DNA of 64,000 nucleotides from Cetorhinus maximus (GCF_964194155.1 NC_135909.1:11284001-11348000); one strand, 5' to 3'; positions 25,339-39,213 are shown, counted from the stretch's first letter. Program-made: numbers and translations. The notes: a model not told the origin generated them from the sequence alone.

Positions 25339-25428
25339 GGGCTCGCCCGGGAATTAAATCCGGGACGACTCGTACATTAATTCAATGAAAATCCCAAAGC
25401 GAGAATCATGCCCCTAGTCCAACGAACC
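25339..25428 (-). pseudogene. Intron-containing tRNA-Pro(TGG), B-box damaged
   Basis: GGTTCGTTGGACTAGGGGCATGATTCTCGCTT-TGG-G-[ATTTTCATTGAATTAATG]-TACGAG...GATTTAATTCCCGGGCGAGCCC. Confidence 0.8.
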
Positions 25429-25749
25429 ACCTGTACTGCAAAATGCCGTCAAGGAATATTTTCATTGTCACCCATAGTGTATCAAATAAAAGCGAATTAC
25501 TGTTCCTGCTGGAAATCTTTTGGAATGTATTAGAAACCCCGGGGATGACTCCAACCAATGGAGAGTTTCCCTCCTCATTTCCATGAACTTTCAGTTTTGC
25601 TGGGGTTCCTTGATGCCCGCACTAGGTCAAATGCTTCTCTGAACATTAGTGAACACTTGCACCTCACGGCTTGAGTTCAGCTGTTTCTCCATTTTTGGAC
25701 CAAGGCTGCCAAGAGGTCAGAATGTGATTTGAAAGATGCCTTACATGGT

Positions 25750-26580
25750 TTGCTTGAGTGCTCAGAAATTTGGCAAATGGAATTCAATCCCAGAAAGTTT
25801 GAGGTAATGAATTTGGGGAGGGCAGACAAAAAAGGGAACACTCAATAAACTGGAGGATATTGAGACAGGTTGAGGGACTGAGACACTTTGGAGTGCATGT
25901 CCACATTTCCCTGAAGGAGGCAAGACAGGTGGACAAGGTGGTAACGGAATGTTTTCCTTTATTGAACGAAATATTGAATACAAAAACAGGGATATAATGC
26001 TGGAAATCTATAAAACGCTGGTTAGGCCACAGCTGGAATTTTGTGCACAGTTCTGGTCATCACATTACAGGAAGGACACAAATGCTCTGGAGGGAGTGCA
26101 GAGAATATTTAAAAGAATGCTACAAGGGCTTGAAAATTGCAACTGTGAGGAAAGGTTGGATATTCTAGGGTTGTTTTGTTTAGAACAGAGGAGGTTGAGG
26201 GGTGACCTAATTGAGGTGCAAAAAGATTATGAGGGACCTAGATCGGGTAGACAGTAAAGACTTGTCTTCCCTAGCTCAGGGGTCAATTACCTGGGGGCAT
26301 AGATTTGAGGTGATTGGCAGAAGGATTAGAGGGGACACGAGGAACATCTTTTTCATGCAGAGGGTGGCGGGTGTCTGGAATTCACCGCCTAAATCGGTGG
26401 TTGAGGCTGAAACGACCAACTCATTGGAAAGACACTTGAATCTGCGCCTGAAGCGCTGTCACCTGCAAAGCTACGGAGCAGGCACAGGAAAGTCCGATTA
26501 AAATCAGCGGCTAGCTCTTTTTTTTGGCGGCACAGACATGACAGGCTGAATGGCCTATTTCTGCATCGTAATGTTTCCAT
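25750..26580 (+). mobile_element. CR1 LINE 3' portion running to the element end
   Basis: LRGDLIEV..KIMRDLDRVD...FFMQRVAGVWNSPPKSVVEA, then a CR1-type 3' UTR. Confidence 0.9.
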
Positions 26581-26849
26581 AGTGTCATGGCGTCTGTGGT
26601 GTTTCCGAGAGGGTAAGGCGATGGACTGTTAGTGAACTGTGCTTTCCTTATCGGTGTTTCCATTGATGCTTGGCTGTGTTCGGTGTCGCTGCCGGTAGTT
26701 GTGTTAATGAAATTAAAAACACACAAGCAGGGAAAGCAATATTACCTACAGCTCAGTGAAAGGGAAATAGGGTCGTTCGATTTATTTGGTTAAAACACAG
26801 GAGAAATCCTGATTTGTCCAAAAAGTAAAGATGTCACAATGATTACGGA

Positions 26850-27030
26850 GCCCAGCGGCGATTGGTGAGGCGGCGGGGTGACGGGCCAGCAAGTGAATGG
26901 TGAGATTTCAAAGGACGCACGTCTATAACGTCAGCGGTAGCGCGCATGCGCCTAGGGAAGGGGCCGGTGCCAACTTCACGTTCCAGCCGAAGAGTGATGA
27001 CGTCAGCGGGACCCGCAGACGAAGTATTGT
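26850..27030. promoter_or_regulatory. CpG-rich Pol II promoter-like island (CCAAT, NRF1, CRE)
   Basis: attgg at 26861, GCGCATGCGC at 26942-26951, TGACGTCA at 26998-27005. Confidence 0.6.
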
Positions 27031-27751
27031 TGGCTTCTTTGTATTTGTGAGCCTTTAGCCTAAGGTAGTTCTGGAATCACTAATGTGCTACTCCAATGCA
27101 ATTGATGAGGTCAGATTGCACAGACTTGTCTTGTAATAGCTTGAATTCGAAGATTAAGACTTCCTCTGATTGATATTCACCATGATTAAATGAATTAATC
27201 GGGTAGTTAGAGAGGAGCTACTTCGTCTAGTGGGGAGTGTCCAAACCAAGGGGGAATTGTTCGGGAGTAATGACGAGATGCACATCTTCAAAGAAGAGTA
27301 ATGGGAATCTGGAAGTCTCTCCCACAAAAACTTGCTGAGGCCGGGCATCAACCGAAAATTTCAAAAATCACATTCATGACTTTTGTGCAGTGACTGCAGC
27401 GCAACTTCACCAGAATGTGAATGGGACAACAGTCTTAAATTATGGGGACAGGTTAGAATCATAGAATCATCGAATGGTTATAAATCAGGAGGAGGCCATT
27501 CATCCCGCCATGTCCATGCCAGTCTCCCAGAGTCGTATTGTATTCCCGTGAGTTTGAAGACTTGGTGTGTAATCATTCAGTGAATTTCAGTCTGTGGAAC
27601 TCTGTGTGCCGGTAAAACTCAATCCGCATTTATCAAACCCTGATATTGTAATTGAGTGGGGAAATCATTACTTTGTCTATCAGCCTCTGGTACAACTTGT
27701 GCATGTGAGAATCGTTACCTACCTGTTAGTGGCATTGTATGCGCGCACGTA

Positions 27752-27806
27752 TGTATGTGTGTGTGTGTGTGTTTGTGTGTGTGTGTCTGTGCCTGTGTGT
27801 GTGAGA
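27752..27806. repeat. (GT)n microsatellite
   Basis: Visible dinucleotide run. Confidence 0.9.
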
Positions 27807-28299
27807 GACAGGGGACTGTGGTGTATCATGATTTTACTATCAGTCTCTGGTGTTAGATGTGAATGTTGAATCCATCCTCTGTCAGTCTCTGATACAGTGT
27901 GAGATGTTGAGTTTAATTATTTATCAGTTCATGGTACTCTTTGTGAATGTGAGAATCATTTTGTGCCTGTTGGCTTCTTGTCTTCGATGTGGATTTGGGA
28001 GTGATTCTGAAACTGCATCTCTCATTTCTGGTACGGTACGTGGATGCAGGTTTCAATGTGCATTCTATATGTGCTATTGCATGCGAGTGTGGGATCAGTT
28101 CCATGTTTGTCAGCCTCAGGTGCTGTGTGTGATGGATTGTATCATTCTGTGAATCTTGGTCTAATGCGGAATGTGAATTTTAGGCTCATGCTGTAAATGT
28201 CAGTCTCTGGTTTGAGTGTGGGATACATTATGTATCTGTCAGTACAGCTACAAGATACAGCAGCTGCTGGACGTCTCTGATTCTTTGAATGTGGGATTT

Positions 28300-28760
28300 G
28301 TTCTGAGTCTGTCAGTCCAATTTACTGTCTGGAAGTGCGTGATTGTGTCTGTCAGTCTGTTACCGTCTGTGAGTTTGTGATTGAATTTTCGAGCCTCTGT
28401 TACTGACTGTGATTGTGTGATTTTATCTGTCTGTACTTGGTACTGTCGGTGAATGTGTGATTGTATCTATCATTCTCTGTTAAAGTGTGTGAGAGTGTGG
28501 TTGCACCTGTCACTCTCTGTTGCTGTCCGTGAGTGTGTGATTGTATTTGTCAGTCTCTCCTACTGCCTGTGAGTGTTTGACTGCAACTCTCAGTCTCTGC
28601 CACTGCCTGTGATTGTGATTGCATCTGTCAGTGTCTGTTACAGCCTGTGAGTGTGTGATTGTATCTGTCTGTCAGTGTCTGTTACTGTTTGAGAGTGTGT
28701 GATTGTCTCTGTCAGTCTTTGTTACTGTCTGTGAATGTGCGATTTTACCTGTCTGTCTCT
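28300..28760. repeat. ~40-bp minisatellite (tgtgagtgtgtgattgtatctgtcagtctctgttactgcc)
   Basis: Unit recurs at 28529, 28569, 28609 and onward. Confidence 0.85.
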
Positions 28761-30949
28761 GAAAATACTTTGCAAACCTGCATTCATTCTACCCAGAAGG
28801 CACCATATATAAAACAGCCATTTGGTCTAATTGGCACATTTCTCCGCAAGATCCGCCAGCCAGACTGCTTCACGTTACAATACCTGCTTATCCCTGAAAT
28901 CCATTCCCCCTCCTATACTTATCGAGCTTTCCCTTAACAATGTTTGTGCTATTCGTCTGAACTGCTCCTTAAGATAAACACTTCCAAATTCTACCGACTA
29001 TACGGGAAAATAAGTTAAAACCGACTTCTTTATTGGATTTCCTACTGACATTTATCTGTCTACCCGATCAGATCCCACCACCAATCCCTCGCATTGACCT
29101 GCTTCTGCAAAATTGATCATCAGAATTTCTTCCCGTCTGTTGCAGTTTTCGCTTAAGACCAGTAGATGTCAGCACACTCCGGTAGAACGAAGTTTAGAAA
29201 TCATTGGGTGACACAGCAGACAAGAATTGTTCACATTTTATTGGATCTGGGAGGAGGGATTTAGGAATGCTAAGAGCGGAGATGACATTTTATTGAATTC
29301 TGGTGTACCCAGCTGGGGTAATAAGGTTGTGATAAAACCATCAGCCTGTTCTATGCGTGACTGCGATACATTCTTCTCTGCCCTTATCTGGTCCAGCTTG
29401 TGAATGTGGGATTCATTCTGTATCTATCACTCACTGGTGCTGTGTGAGCGTGTGAGAGACATTCTGAACCTGTCAGTCTTCTCTATTCTATGGCAGTGTC
29501 GATACGTTGTCAGTGGAACTATATGTGAGTGTTGGATTTATTTTGTATCGCTAATTCTCTGGTACAGTGCATCGGTGTTATTTTCCATCTATATATTTCA
29601 TTTCCTGACTCTGAGACAGCTGGGACACATTCTTAACCTGTCAGTGGAACTGGACGTGTGGAAGGATTTTGCTCTTTTTGTCCGCTTCTGGTAATGTGAG
29701 TGTTGAAGTCACTCTGTATCTGTCATTCGCTGGTACAATATATCTGTGCCATTTCAGTCTGTACCTTGCATTTTCCGATACTGTTTGTTGTTATTAAACA
29801 ATGAACAGTGGAAAAAAATAACTGCACAAAAACGATTAGAACAGTTGTACAAACAAAATCTATTGCAGGTATCAGGTGAGATGTGTGAAGGACACATTTA
29901 AATCAGCGGCTGCTTGTTTGCGGTTGGATACTTAGCTGAAATGGGAGCGGGAATAAGAAACATGACTCGAGCAAAAGCTCCAGCGGGCAGCTCAACTCAG
30001 GGAACAGTGCATGGATTGGGCTGTTTCTGAATGTCACAAAATTGTTGTAAAATCGCTCAAAACACCCGGTCAGCAGAAGCAGATTGGTGTCTTACTGCAG
30101 TGGAGTCAGACATTGTTTGAAGGTTTTCCATTTCCGATGGTTCCTAATGACTGTTATTTGAAAGGTTACATTGATAACTTTTGTATCTTTTATTTAATCT
30201 ATTCTACGGTTAAATTAGTTATTTTTTTTGCAGACAAATATTTGGAGGAACCAGATTATTCCTCGACATAAGGGAAATGTTCCCCAGCCAGTTCCAACAC
30301 AAAGCAGGTACAGCATCACTCACAATGCACAAGATGCTGACAGCTCATTAGATCCACTCTCACAAAGAAAATGAGTGTTCAGTCCCACACTTTTCCCAAG
30401 GTAAGAGACAACTTTTCAATCCCAGATTCAACAGAGCAGACAAAGCTGATTTTTTTTCATTCCCGATCAACCCAGCTAACATCAACCACAGGATTAAAAA
30501 AAATACACGCCCAGTGGCAGATTTAAATACACTGAGTCACCTTGGTCACAAATTAAATAAAAACTCTTCGCTAGAAATGACGACAACTAACTGATTGTAA
30601 CATAATGAATAATGTGCAATTATTCAGGGCTACATATTGCAAACCAATCCAAAAAAATCTCACCATGATTCAGACGATTCAACAGCAATTCCTTTACTAC
30701 AAACTGCAGGAATTAGATACCAGGATATGTATCTAATTGACGTGTATGTTACCATTCACAATTGTTTTCACAGAGCTGCACATTGAATACCATTTCACAA
30801 TTCCCACACAACTACTGAATGTAACCTCTGGCTATAAAATACATCAATTGCATGTAATACATTAAATGTCAAGGTAAACATACATTGATACATTAAGAGG
30901 GTGTTAAACAAATAGTTTCCAACATGATACCAGTATAGTTCAGGGGCAG

Positions 30950-33900
30950 AATTATCTCCCACTTACATACAGCACCAGAGACACATAGATACAGAATGAA
31001 TCCCACACACACTGATAACCAGAGAATCAAAGAGGTAAAATTAATCCCACATTCACCTAGTCCCAAGAGATTGATGAAAATAAAGGAATTCCAAAACATG
31101 TCAGAGAATGACAACGACAGAATTATTCTTACATCTACCTGCTGTACCAGAGGCTGAATGATCCAGAATGTGGCCCATGGTCATAGAAATAACCAGGATG
31201 AAATCTATATAATAAATACCACGGTCATTTACACTACCTGAAACCGAAGGATACAAAAATAATCTCATGAACATGGAGTAATGGAGATTAGAAAATACAG
31301 GAAAAATCTCACAATGACATTAAGTACCAAATACTGACAGGTACAAGTTAATCTTGAACTCATGCACTGCACCAGGCACTGAAAAAACACAAATAGAGTA
31401 GCACATTCACAGGCAATAGTATAGACAGAGAGAGCTTGAATAAATCATACTCACTGTCATCAAGGTGCTAATGAAAACTGAGTTAATCGGCACACACATT
31501 GGAAGCATGTCCACACTCACATAATGTTCCACAAGCTGAAAAGTACTGAATTAATCCAACTTCATACAGGGTACCAGCAATTGAAATGTAGAAATCAAAC
31601 CACAGGCATGCACAAAAACATGAGAAAAAAGTTTGAAAAACATAGAGTCAATCCAACAGTGACAAAATATTGCCGCAAGTTAGCACACAAAAAAAAACCC
31701 ACTCAAAATGTTTGACAGTGTCAGTACCAACTTCAAGCTCACACTTAGCTCCAGATGTTGACAGATTCAGATAGAATCTCAATCTCACAGATAGTACCAG
31801 GTCGAATCAATTGCACTCTTGCAAGCAGTAACAGAGACTGAGTGATACAGAGATGAAAAACACACATTCACAGACTATACAAGATGCGGCAATATAGAAT
31901 TAATGCAACACGATCACAGTACACAGGATAGTGAAAGCACAGAAGGAAACACACTTTCTCAATTAATAAGAGCAATGATGATACACAATGTATTCCACAC
32001 ACACACAGTATCAGAAAATGACATTAATAGAATTAACCCTGCAGTTCCACAAAGCACCACAGACTGACAGGTGCAAAAGAAAAACAACATATAAAGGCAG
32101 CACCAGAGACTGATATATACAGTATGAATCAGACACTCAAAGACTGATGATTGCAGAACCAAGGTCAAACTCACGTTCACTTCCAGACACTGGCAGGGGC
32201 AGAATTGGCCCCATATTAACATACAGTAGTGGAGCCTGACATAGTCCATGAGTCACAAAATCATGTTCTGTTCTGACAGGTGCATAATTCACCTCACACA
32301 TTCACACTGACCATAGACAGCCAAATACGCAATTCAAATTTCTTTCATATAAAGCACCCAAGACTGAGACACACACCGTTTATCTCATTCTGCACAGAGA
32401 GTTACCGCCTGAGTCCTACACTCTACTTAAGCAAGTTGTTGCAGTGTGTCTCAGAGATGGTACACACTGTTCACCAGTGGTTGAGGGAGTAAATGCTTAA
32501 GCTGGTGAATGGCGAGAAAGTCAAACCCACAGCTTTATGGATGTTTTCAAGATTCTTCCGTGTTGTTGGAGGTGCACTTATCCAAGCCAGTGCAGAGTAT
32601 TCCATCTCTGACCAGACTTGTGATTTTTAGGTCGTGGAAAGGCTTTGGGGGACTGGGAGGTCAATCACTAGCTGCAGACAGGCTCTGATCTGTTTTTGAA
32701 GCCACAGTAATATTGTAACTGGTTATACAATGTACCTTGAACACATTTATCATAAACTAACCATCACTGAATGATGATCAGACTGACAGAAAAAAAAGAG
32801 CAAACTTACTTGGCATAGATTAAAGATAAAGTATAATTACCCTTACTCACATTCCAATAACTGAGATGTACATGGTAAGATCCACATTCAAATGTGAGGA
32901 ACAGGCAGGGAAAATAAAAAAGCACACTTTCACAAATCAAGTACTGAGTAATATTTAAATTTACAACCACATCCCAGAGACAGGGAAATAGGGATCAAAA
33001 CCCACAATATATTATTGGGGCCAAAAACATGTACAGAATAGTACATATCTGTAATGTAAAACTGACAGGTACAGGATGAAATCGGAAACAGGCAGGTATA
33101 GACTGATACTAAAAATAAACTGACAGATACAGAATGGCACCAAATAAACTTGCCAGAATATAAAAGGTATAGAAGAATGGTCTTTCGTCCATACTCCAAA
33201 TTGTCATGTGCAGAGTGAAATGTATACTTAAATAGCTGTACCTGACAGGCACTCAGCAGAATCCAGATTCAAATATTAGAAACTGACATGCAAAGTGCAA
33301 ATCCAAAATAATGTATCAGTCTCTGACAGGTTAACAGTGATCCCACACCCAAATGCCAGAAATTAACTGATACAAGAGTTAAGTTCCTTCTTCCAGATCA
33401 GAAATTGCCAAGTACATTGGAAAACCCACATTCACATATCAGCAATTGACAAATCCAAAGTAAAATCACCATTCAGTGCAGCAGGAAATGACAGGGCCAG
33501 AAGAAAAGAAGCACTCACTTAACATAAATTGGCAAAAAGTAAATAATCGACATGCCTATAACAAACTAAGTGGTATAGATTATCATTCACAATCATTCAT
33601 CTGAACGTGACATGTGCAATAAAGCCCAGGTTCTCATAACATTGTTGAGCAGGCACAAAGTGAAAACCAAGGACGTGTTACACAGCAGAAATGGGCAGGT
33701 ACAGATCCAAACTCACACTCACTTATCAGAAACTCCCTGGTTCAAATTAAAGCCAACACAAACGTGACAGAAACTGACAGATTCAGGGAAAAGCACATAT
33801 TGACATACCAGTGACACTCGGTACAGTATTATCCAAGTCACACAGGCCAGAAACTGACAGGTCCAGAGCAAAATAAAACTCAATGAAGCAGAAAGTGACA

Positions 33901-35300
33901 ATTATAATTTCATTTATCAGAAACTGCTAAAAACAAAACAAAATAATGCACCTGCATACAGTAGCTCGACAGGAGTAGATGAAAACATACAGCCATACTT
34001 AATCAAGTCTGACAGGTACAGAGTACAACCCAGATCTTTCACACACTGGTAGGTACAGAGCAAAAACAGCAATTAACATATCCAGTGTAAATACTACAGG
34101 CTTACAGCTACTGAGTTGAAAGAAAAAATCCTTGATTCCAGAAACAGAGTGTTAGGGAATGATACCATCATAATAAACCAGGAAGTGACGAATACAGATT
34201 AAAATCCACGTTACAATATCAGTTACTGACAGGTAGTCCATTGATCGCTAGCAGAACTTATCAGGTATTAAGTACAGACCATACACTGGCATTTGACTTT
34301 CAGTCACGTTAGGAATTTAAGTGGGAGGGGGATCTTTTCTGTATCTCTGTGTATTAATTACTGACTAAGTGACGATTAGTCAATGTTCAGCTTGCTAAAG
34401 TACAGGTCTTAAATTGTGAAACCCTGTTGTGTGATCCTTTGAGGTGGTCACGGGAATTCAGAGATATTTTTAAAGGTTATCAACCTCGATGGGGGTCAGA
34501 CGATAAAAACTAACTGAGGCCTTCAGAAACAGTTGTAGAGACACATTCCAAATAATAAAATGACAGATATGGGAAAATGCCACACACTTATACCAAAGAT
34601 TGACAAGGACAGAGTAAAAGCCCACTCACTTGGCAGAAATTAACATGTGCAGAGAAAAAACACACAGGCATACCAAAGACTAGAGAAGTACAGAGAGAAA
34701 GGGAATAATAAAAATATATTAAAATAAAAACAGCCTATGCTGAGTGAAATGCAGAATAACATACTGGGACTGACAGGCACATTGTAAATGCCACACTCAC
34801 TTGGAAGCTGAATGTTATAGAGAAAAAGAAAACATTTTTAGGAGGTTGCAAGTGAAGAGGAGATGTTACACTCTCCGATCCCACAACAACCACAGAGGCT
34901 CAGGCTTCCTTTTAACCGGTTTTATTCAAGCATATGCAAGGGAGCCGCAATCATTCCTAAGAATAACAATGAAGAGCCTACTCCCTGATTGATTATATTT
35001 CACTACTTTTGTACTTTTTCTGATCATAACACATTTGAGTTTATTTGAATACATCCAATTGGTAACCGACACACCAGTTCCATACTAACTTTATCCTATT
35101 GAGCACATAAACATGTGATTTGGCTTACCAGTTATTCTAAAGGATGTATTCTCTGATAGCATTTTTAATTTCCTCCTAACACAGGTTATGAATTAAATCT
35201 CAACATCACTGACAATAGACCGAGAGATAGAGATTGTAAGCCTCACTGAAGAAGCACATAATAATCGCCAGAGAATGAATCCCACAACCAAGTAGCTGAC
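30950..35300 (-). repeat. Highly degenerate array of the same 40-46-bp repeat in opposite orientation
   Basis: Recurrent cagagactgacag.tacagaatgaatcccacactcac-like words. Confidence 0.6.
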
Positions 35301-36074
35301 AGAGAAACGACAAAGAATATTGTTTAATACAATGCTTGGATCATACTATGGGATAGCTCCTGCCTTGCTCCATAAATATAACCAAATAGATTCTGTGTTT
35401 GACCCCCTCAGTGACACCATCCCTCCCAAGCATTATAATAGATTATTTGATCAATGCAATCCCCTCTTCAACCCCCGTGCTGCTTCTTTTGCCTGATCTT
35501 TCCTGAATAGGTTGAAGCCAGAAATATTGAATTTTGTTATTGCCACGATATCAATGTCACATGTGGGACTTGCGGCTGCTGCTCATCAACCTTATTCCCA
35601 CCTCACATGAGCAGCAGAGGCCGCATGAGCCCCTGTCTGACCCCTAATATTCAGGAATGCTCTGTCCTGCTGAAGGTTGGAAGTAAAGAAGAGCAGTTGG
35701 TCCTGGTGAGGAAGGGAAAATGTATGAACAGCATCAGCAGGATTATCGAGTGATGTGGTATTCCCAGCATAGAGAATGTGCTGGTGCGGCAGAGGGAGTC
35801 AGAAAGTCTGGGATTTGGGCGGATGGGGCGGGTAGCGTGAAAGGAAGGTTTGACTGCTGAGAGATTTTGTGGCTTGAAGGACCAATAAATGTGATTGTGT
35901 TTTTAAACTAACTAATCAGAAAGATGTAAAACATCACGAATTGACCTCATTGTGAAATAGCCAATCGGGAACATGGCATTCACCCATCCTTCATTAGCAT
36001 AGGCCTCTGGTTTCGTCAACAAAATGCGAGTTTCGACCGCGGTTTCAGTTATTCTGGGTCTGAAGATTGTGATC

Positions 36075-36452
36075 ATGGTTAACGGGAAGAAAGCGCAGAT
36101 TTCCAAGAAGGGCGCCAAGAAAGCGCAGGAAATGTTGCCCGCGAAGGGCGGCAAGAAGAGGAAAAGATCCAGGAAAGAAAGTTACTCCATCTACATCTAC
36201 AAAGTGATGAAGCAGGTTCACCCCGACACCGGCATCTCCTCCAACGCCATGAGCATCATGAACTCGTTCGTGAGCGATATTTTCGAGCGCATCGCGGGTG
36301 AGGCTTCCCGCCTGGCCCATTACAACAAGCGCAGCACCATCAGCTCCCGGGAGATCCAGACCGCCGTGCGCCTGCTGCTGCCCGGGGAACTGGCCAAGCA
36401 CGCCGTGTCGGAAGGGACAAAGGAGGTGACCAAGTACACCAGCTCCAAGTAA
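36075..36452 (+). CDS. H2B: Histone H2B (125 aa, divergent N-tail, K->N and A->E substitutions)
   Basis: [16 protein letters not shown]...[21 protein letters not shown]...KYTSSK; upstream CCAAT and octamer-like ATTAGCAT at 35993; stem-loop at 36490-36505. Confidence 0.9.
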   Translation: MVNGKKAQISKKGAKKAQEMLPAKGGKKRKRSRKESYSIYIYKVMKQVHPDTGISSNAMSIMNSFVSDIFERIAGEASRLAHYNKRSTISSREIQTAVRLLLPGELAKHAVSEGTKEVTKYTSSK

Positions 36453-36489
36453 AACTCCACAATGGACTGAAAAACACCAGAAACACAAC

Positions 36490-36505
36490 GGCTCTTTTAA
36501 GAGTC
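36490..36505 (+). terminator. Histone 3' stem-loop (H2B)
   Basis: GGCTCTTTTAAGAGTC. Confidence 0.85.
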
Positions 36506-37384
36506 ACCCACAATCTCTTTGAAAAAGCTATACGATTGCTTTACTTCTAAATTTATGATATTTCTATGAAGCTATCCCAATGGTCTAATTGTTATTTTGA
36601 TCACGTCTCAATCACAGCGATTCTCGGTAATGTAGATTGAACCCTCGTTCAATTATTGGTCTCATTAATAATACCCCATAAATTCATGACTGCGCTTTGT
36701 TCTCAGACGCGTTCACATTCGGCCCCTTTCCCTGGCTTTGGGGAGAGAGAGAGACAATAGAGCGCAAATGCGTCAGTTTCCAATTCTGGTCAAGTTTGGT
36801 CTCAATAATCGATCAGTTCATTTCCTATCAGCCCCGGTTGTGCAGGAACCTTCAGTCACAACGCTGGCAAAATTACACCAAAAATGTTCACTTTTGATTC
36901 CCACGAATATCTACAATATACCGTCCGTTTGTAGAGATATGAAAATGAGACTTTCTGCCGGCTGGTTAGAGGGTTTTAAAAAGGACTGAAATTAACCAAA
37001 ATGGATCCCGGATTCTAAAAGCGAATCTGGAACTTGGTATAAAATGTGAAATAGTCCCATCTCGGACGGATATTTGTAAATTTTTTTCGTCAGACCGAGT
37101 TAACTATTAATGGGATTTTCTATATGAAATCTATTTATTGTTTTATAAATATATCGGCGGTTTTTTCCATGTCGAATAAAAAGAAAAGTTTGGATTCTGT
37201 AAATTTGGCGCCGTTATTTTCGGCTTGTTTTAGATACAGATAAACCCAGGACGAAAATCAGAGAAGGACAGATACAGACAAAATGTAGACTAGGGAAAAA
37301 GAGAGAGAGATTAAGTGCATCCAACATTCGCATACTAAATACCTATTTCCAATTAGTACGATATTGTGTCCTTTATTCGTTGCA

Positions 37385-37600
37385 TAACATTTTGGCGGGC
37401 TTTCAGCATTTGAAATAAAAAAGGTTGGAATCTGATAATTTGGCGCCGTTATTTTCCGCCCTCACTCCGTAGAGTCTCCGGATTGGTGAGTTCAGTAGAT
37501 ATCTGATTGGTGATATGAACAACATTATGAGACGCAGCACAAAGTGACCAATCAGCAATGCCCGCAGCACCATTCCTCCCGAAGCTATAAGAGAAGCGAA
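37385..37600 (+). promoter_or_regulatory. H2A promoter (E2F-like TTTGGCGG/TTTGGCGC, CHR-like TTTGAA, CCAAT x3, TATAA)
   Basis: Motifs visible and conserved in the copies at ~51.5 kb and ~55.4 kb. Confidence 0.7.
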
Positions 37601-37640
37601 TGTGAGACGATTTCCTCATCCTTTGTGAAAGTGTTTGTGA

Positions 37641-38039
<399 letters not shown>

Positions 38040-38069
38040 AGCGGCCGCAATGTGATCTAATAACCCAAA

Positions 38070-38085
38070 GGCTCTTTCCAGAGCC
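38070..38085 (+). terminator. Histone 3' stem-loop (H2A)
   Basis: GGCTCTTTCCAGAGCC followed by HDE gtgaaagggctg. Confidence 0.85.
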
Positions 38086-38599
38086 ACTCACGGGATCAGT
38101 GAAAGGGCTGCTCACTGTCAGGAGGGAGTCAGAGATGCAGTTATTATAACGGTGGATTTATCTGTTTCTGATTTGTTAACTTGTGTTTTCAGTTCCCGCT
38201 CTGGCTAGCGCTGTTTCTCTGCTCACACATTTCCCGCTTTAGTTAGTGAACTATTTATGGACAGGATATCAGAAACAATCATTCTGTAAATCCATCAATG
38301 TCAAAAGTACCGAATCTATTCGATGCAATAACGAGAGCGACATGAGGAAATTCACGAGCGCGTTTCACAGCGAGTGTTGCGCCCGGTCAGGATCTGATTC
38401 AATTGCATCTGCCCGCACGCAGTCTGTGAAAAGGGCTGTCTCCGGTCTCAATTGCTCGTATAGGCAGCATTTTCTTTACTTCCCATGGGGGTGGGACGCT
38501 TTAAATTCTATGCCGAATACTTACGAGATTCGAGTCTGAGCGGCCGAATTAATTTCTGTTCTAAACGTCGGTCACAGCTCTTTCATTTCTTGGTTTAAT

Positions 38600-38615
38600 G
38601 GCTCTTAAAAGAGCC
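38600..38615 (-). terminator. Histone 3' stem-loop (H3)
   Basis: GGCTCTTTTAAGAGCC followed by HDE gaaagagctg on the minus strand. Confidence 0.9.
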
Positions 38616-38644
38616 GTTGTTGTGTTTGGTGCTTAAGCCGGGTT

Positions 38645-39049
38645 TTAGGCGCGTTCCCCGCGGATGCGGCGGGCCAGCTGGATGTCTTCGGGCATGATGG
38701 TAACTCGCTTGGCGTGGATGGTGCACTGTTTGGCTTCCTCAAAGAGTTCCACCAGGTAAGCCTCGCTGGCCTCCTGCAGGGCCATGACGGCCGAGCTCTG
38801 GACGAGCAAGACGCCCAAGTCCTGAGCGATCTCTCGCACCAGGCTCTGGAAAGCCACTTTGCGAATTAGCAGCTCGGACTTCTGGTAGCGGCGGATCTCC
38901 CTCAGAGCCACAGTGCCGGGTTCGTAGCGATGAGGATTCTTCACTCCGCCCGTGGCTCGAGCGCTCTTCCGGGCCGCTTTGGTAGCCAGCTGTTTGCGGG
39001 GAGCTTTCCCTCTAGTCGATTTGCGCGCTGCTTGCTTGGTCCTGACCAT
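38645..39049 (-). CDS. H3: Highly divergent histone H3 (H3.2-like, 134 aa); variant or young pseudogene
   Basis: Open ORF, two net single-codon deletions, CCAAT boxes and TTTAAAA upstream, perfect stem-loop. Confidence 0.8.
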   Translation of the reverse strand: MVRTKQAARKSTRGKAPRKQLATKAARKSARATGGVKNPHRYEPGTVALREIRRYQKSELLIRKVAFQSLVREIAQDLGVLLVQSSAVMALQEASEAYLVELFEEAKQCTIHAKRVTIMPEDIQLARRIRGERA

Positions 39050-39213
39050 TTTCTGAACCGATTACAGTCTGGCCTACAATCCGCATTTTTAAACTCTGTG
39101 AGGAACCGCCCCGAACAGTAATTGGCTGGAGCCCAACTTGAGAATTCCAATCAAACACACGCACATCCCACCTCGCGTTCCGAGGTCTCTGCTCTATCTG
39201 TGAGACGGTGGGT

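Noticed and set aside
28300-28760. Regularly spaced repeats resembling a CRISPR array
   Set aside because: Contiguous degenerate tandem units with no unique spacers, eukaryotic context, no cas genes
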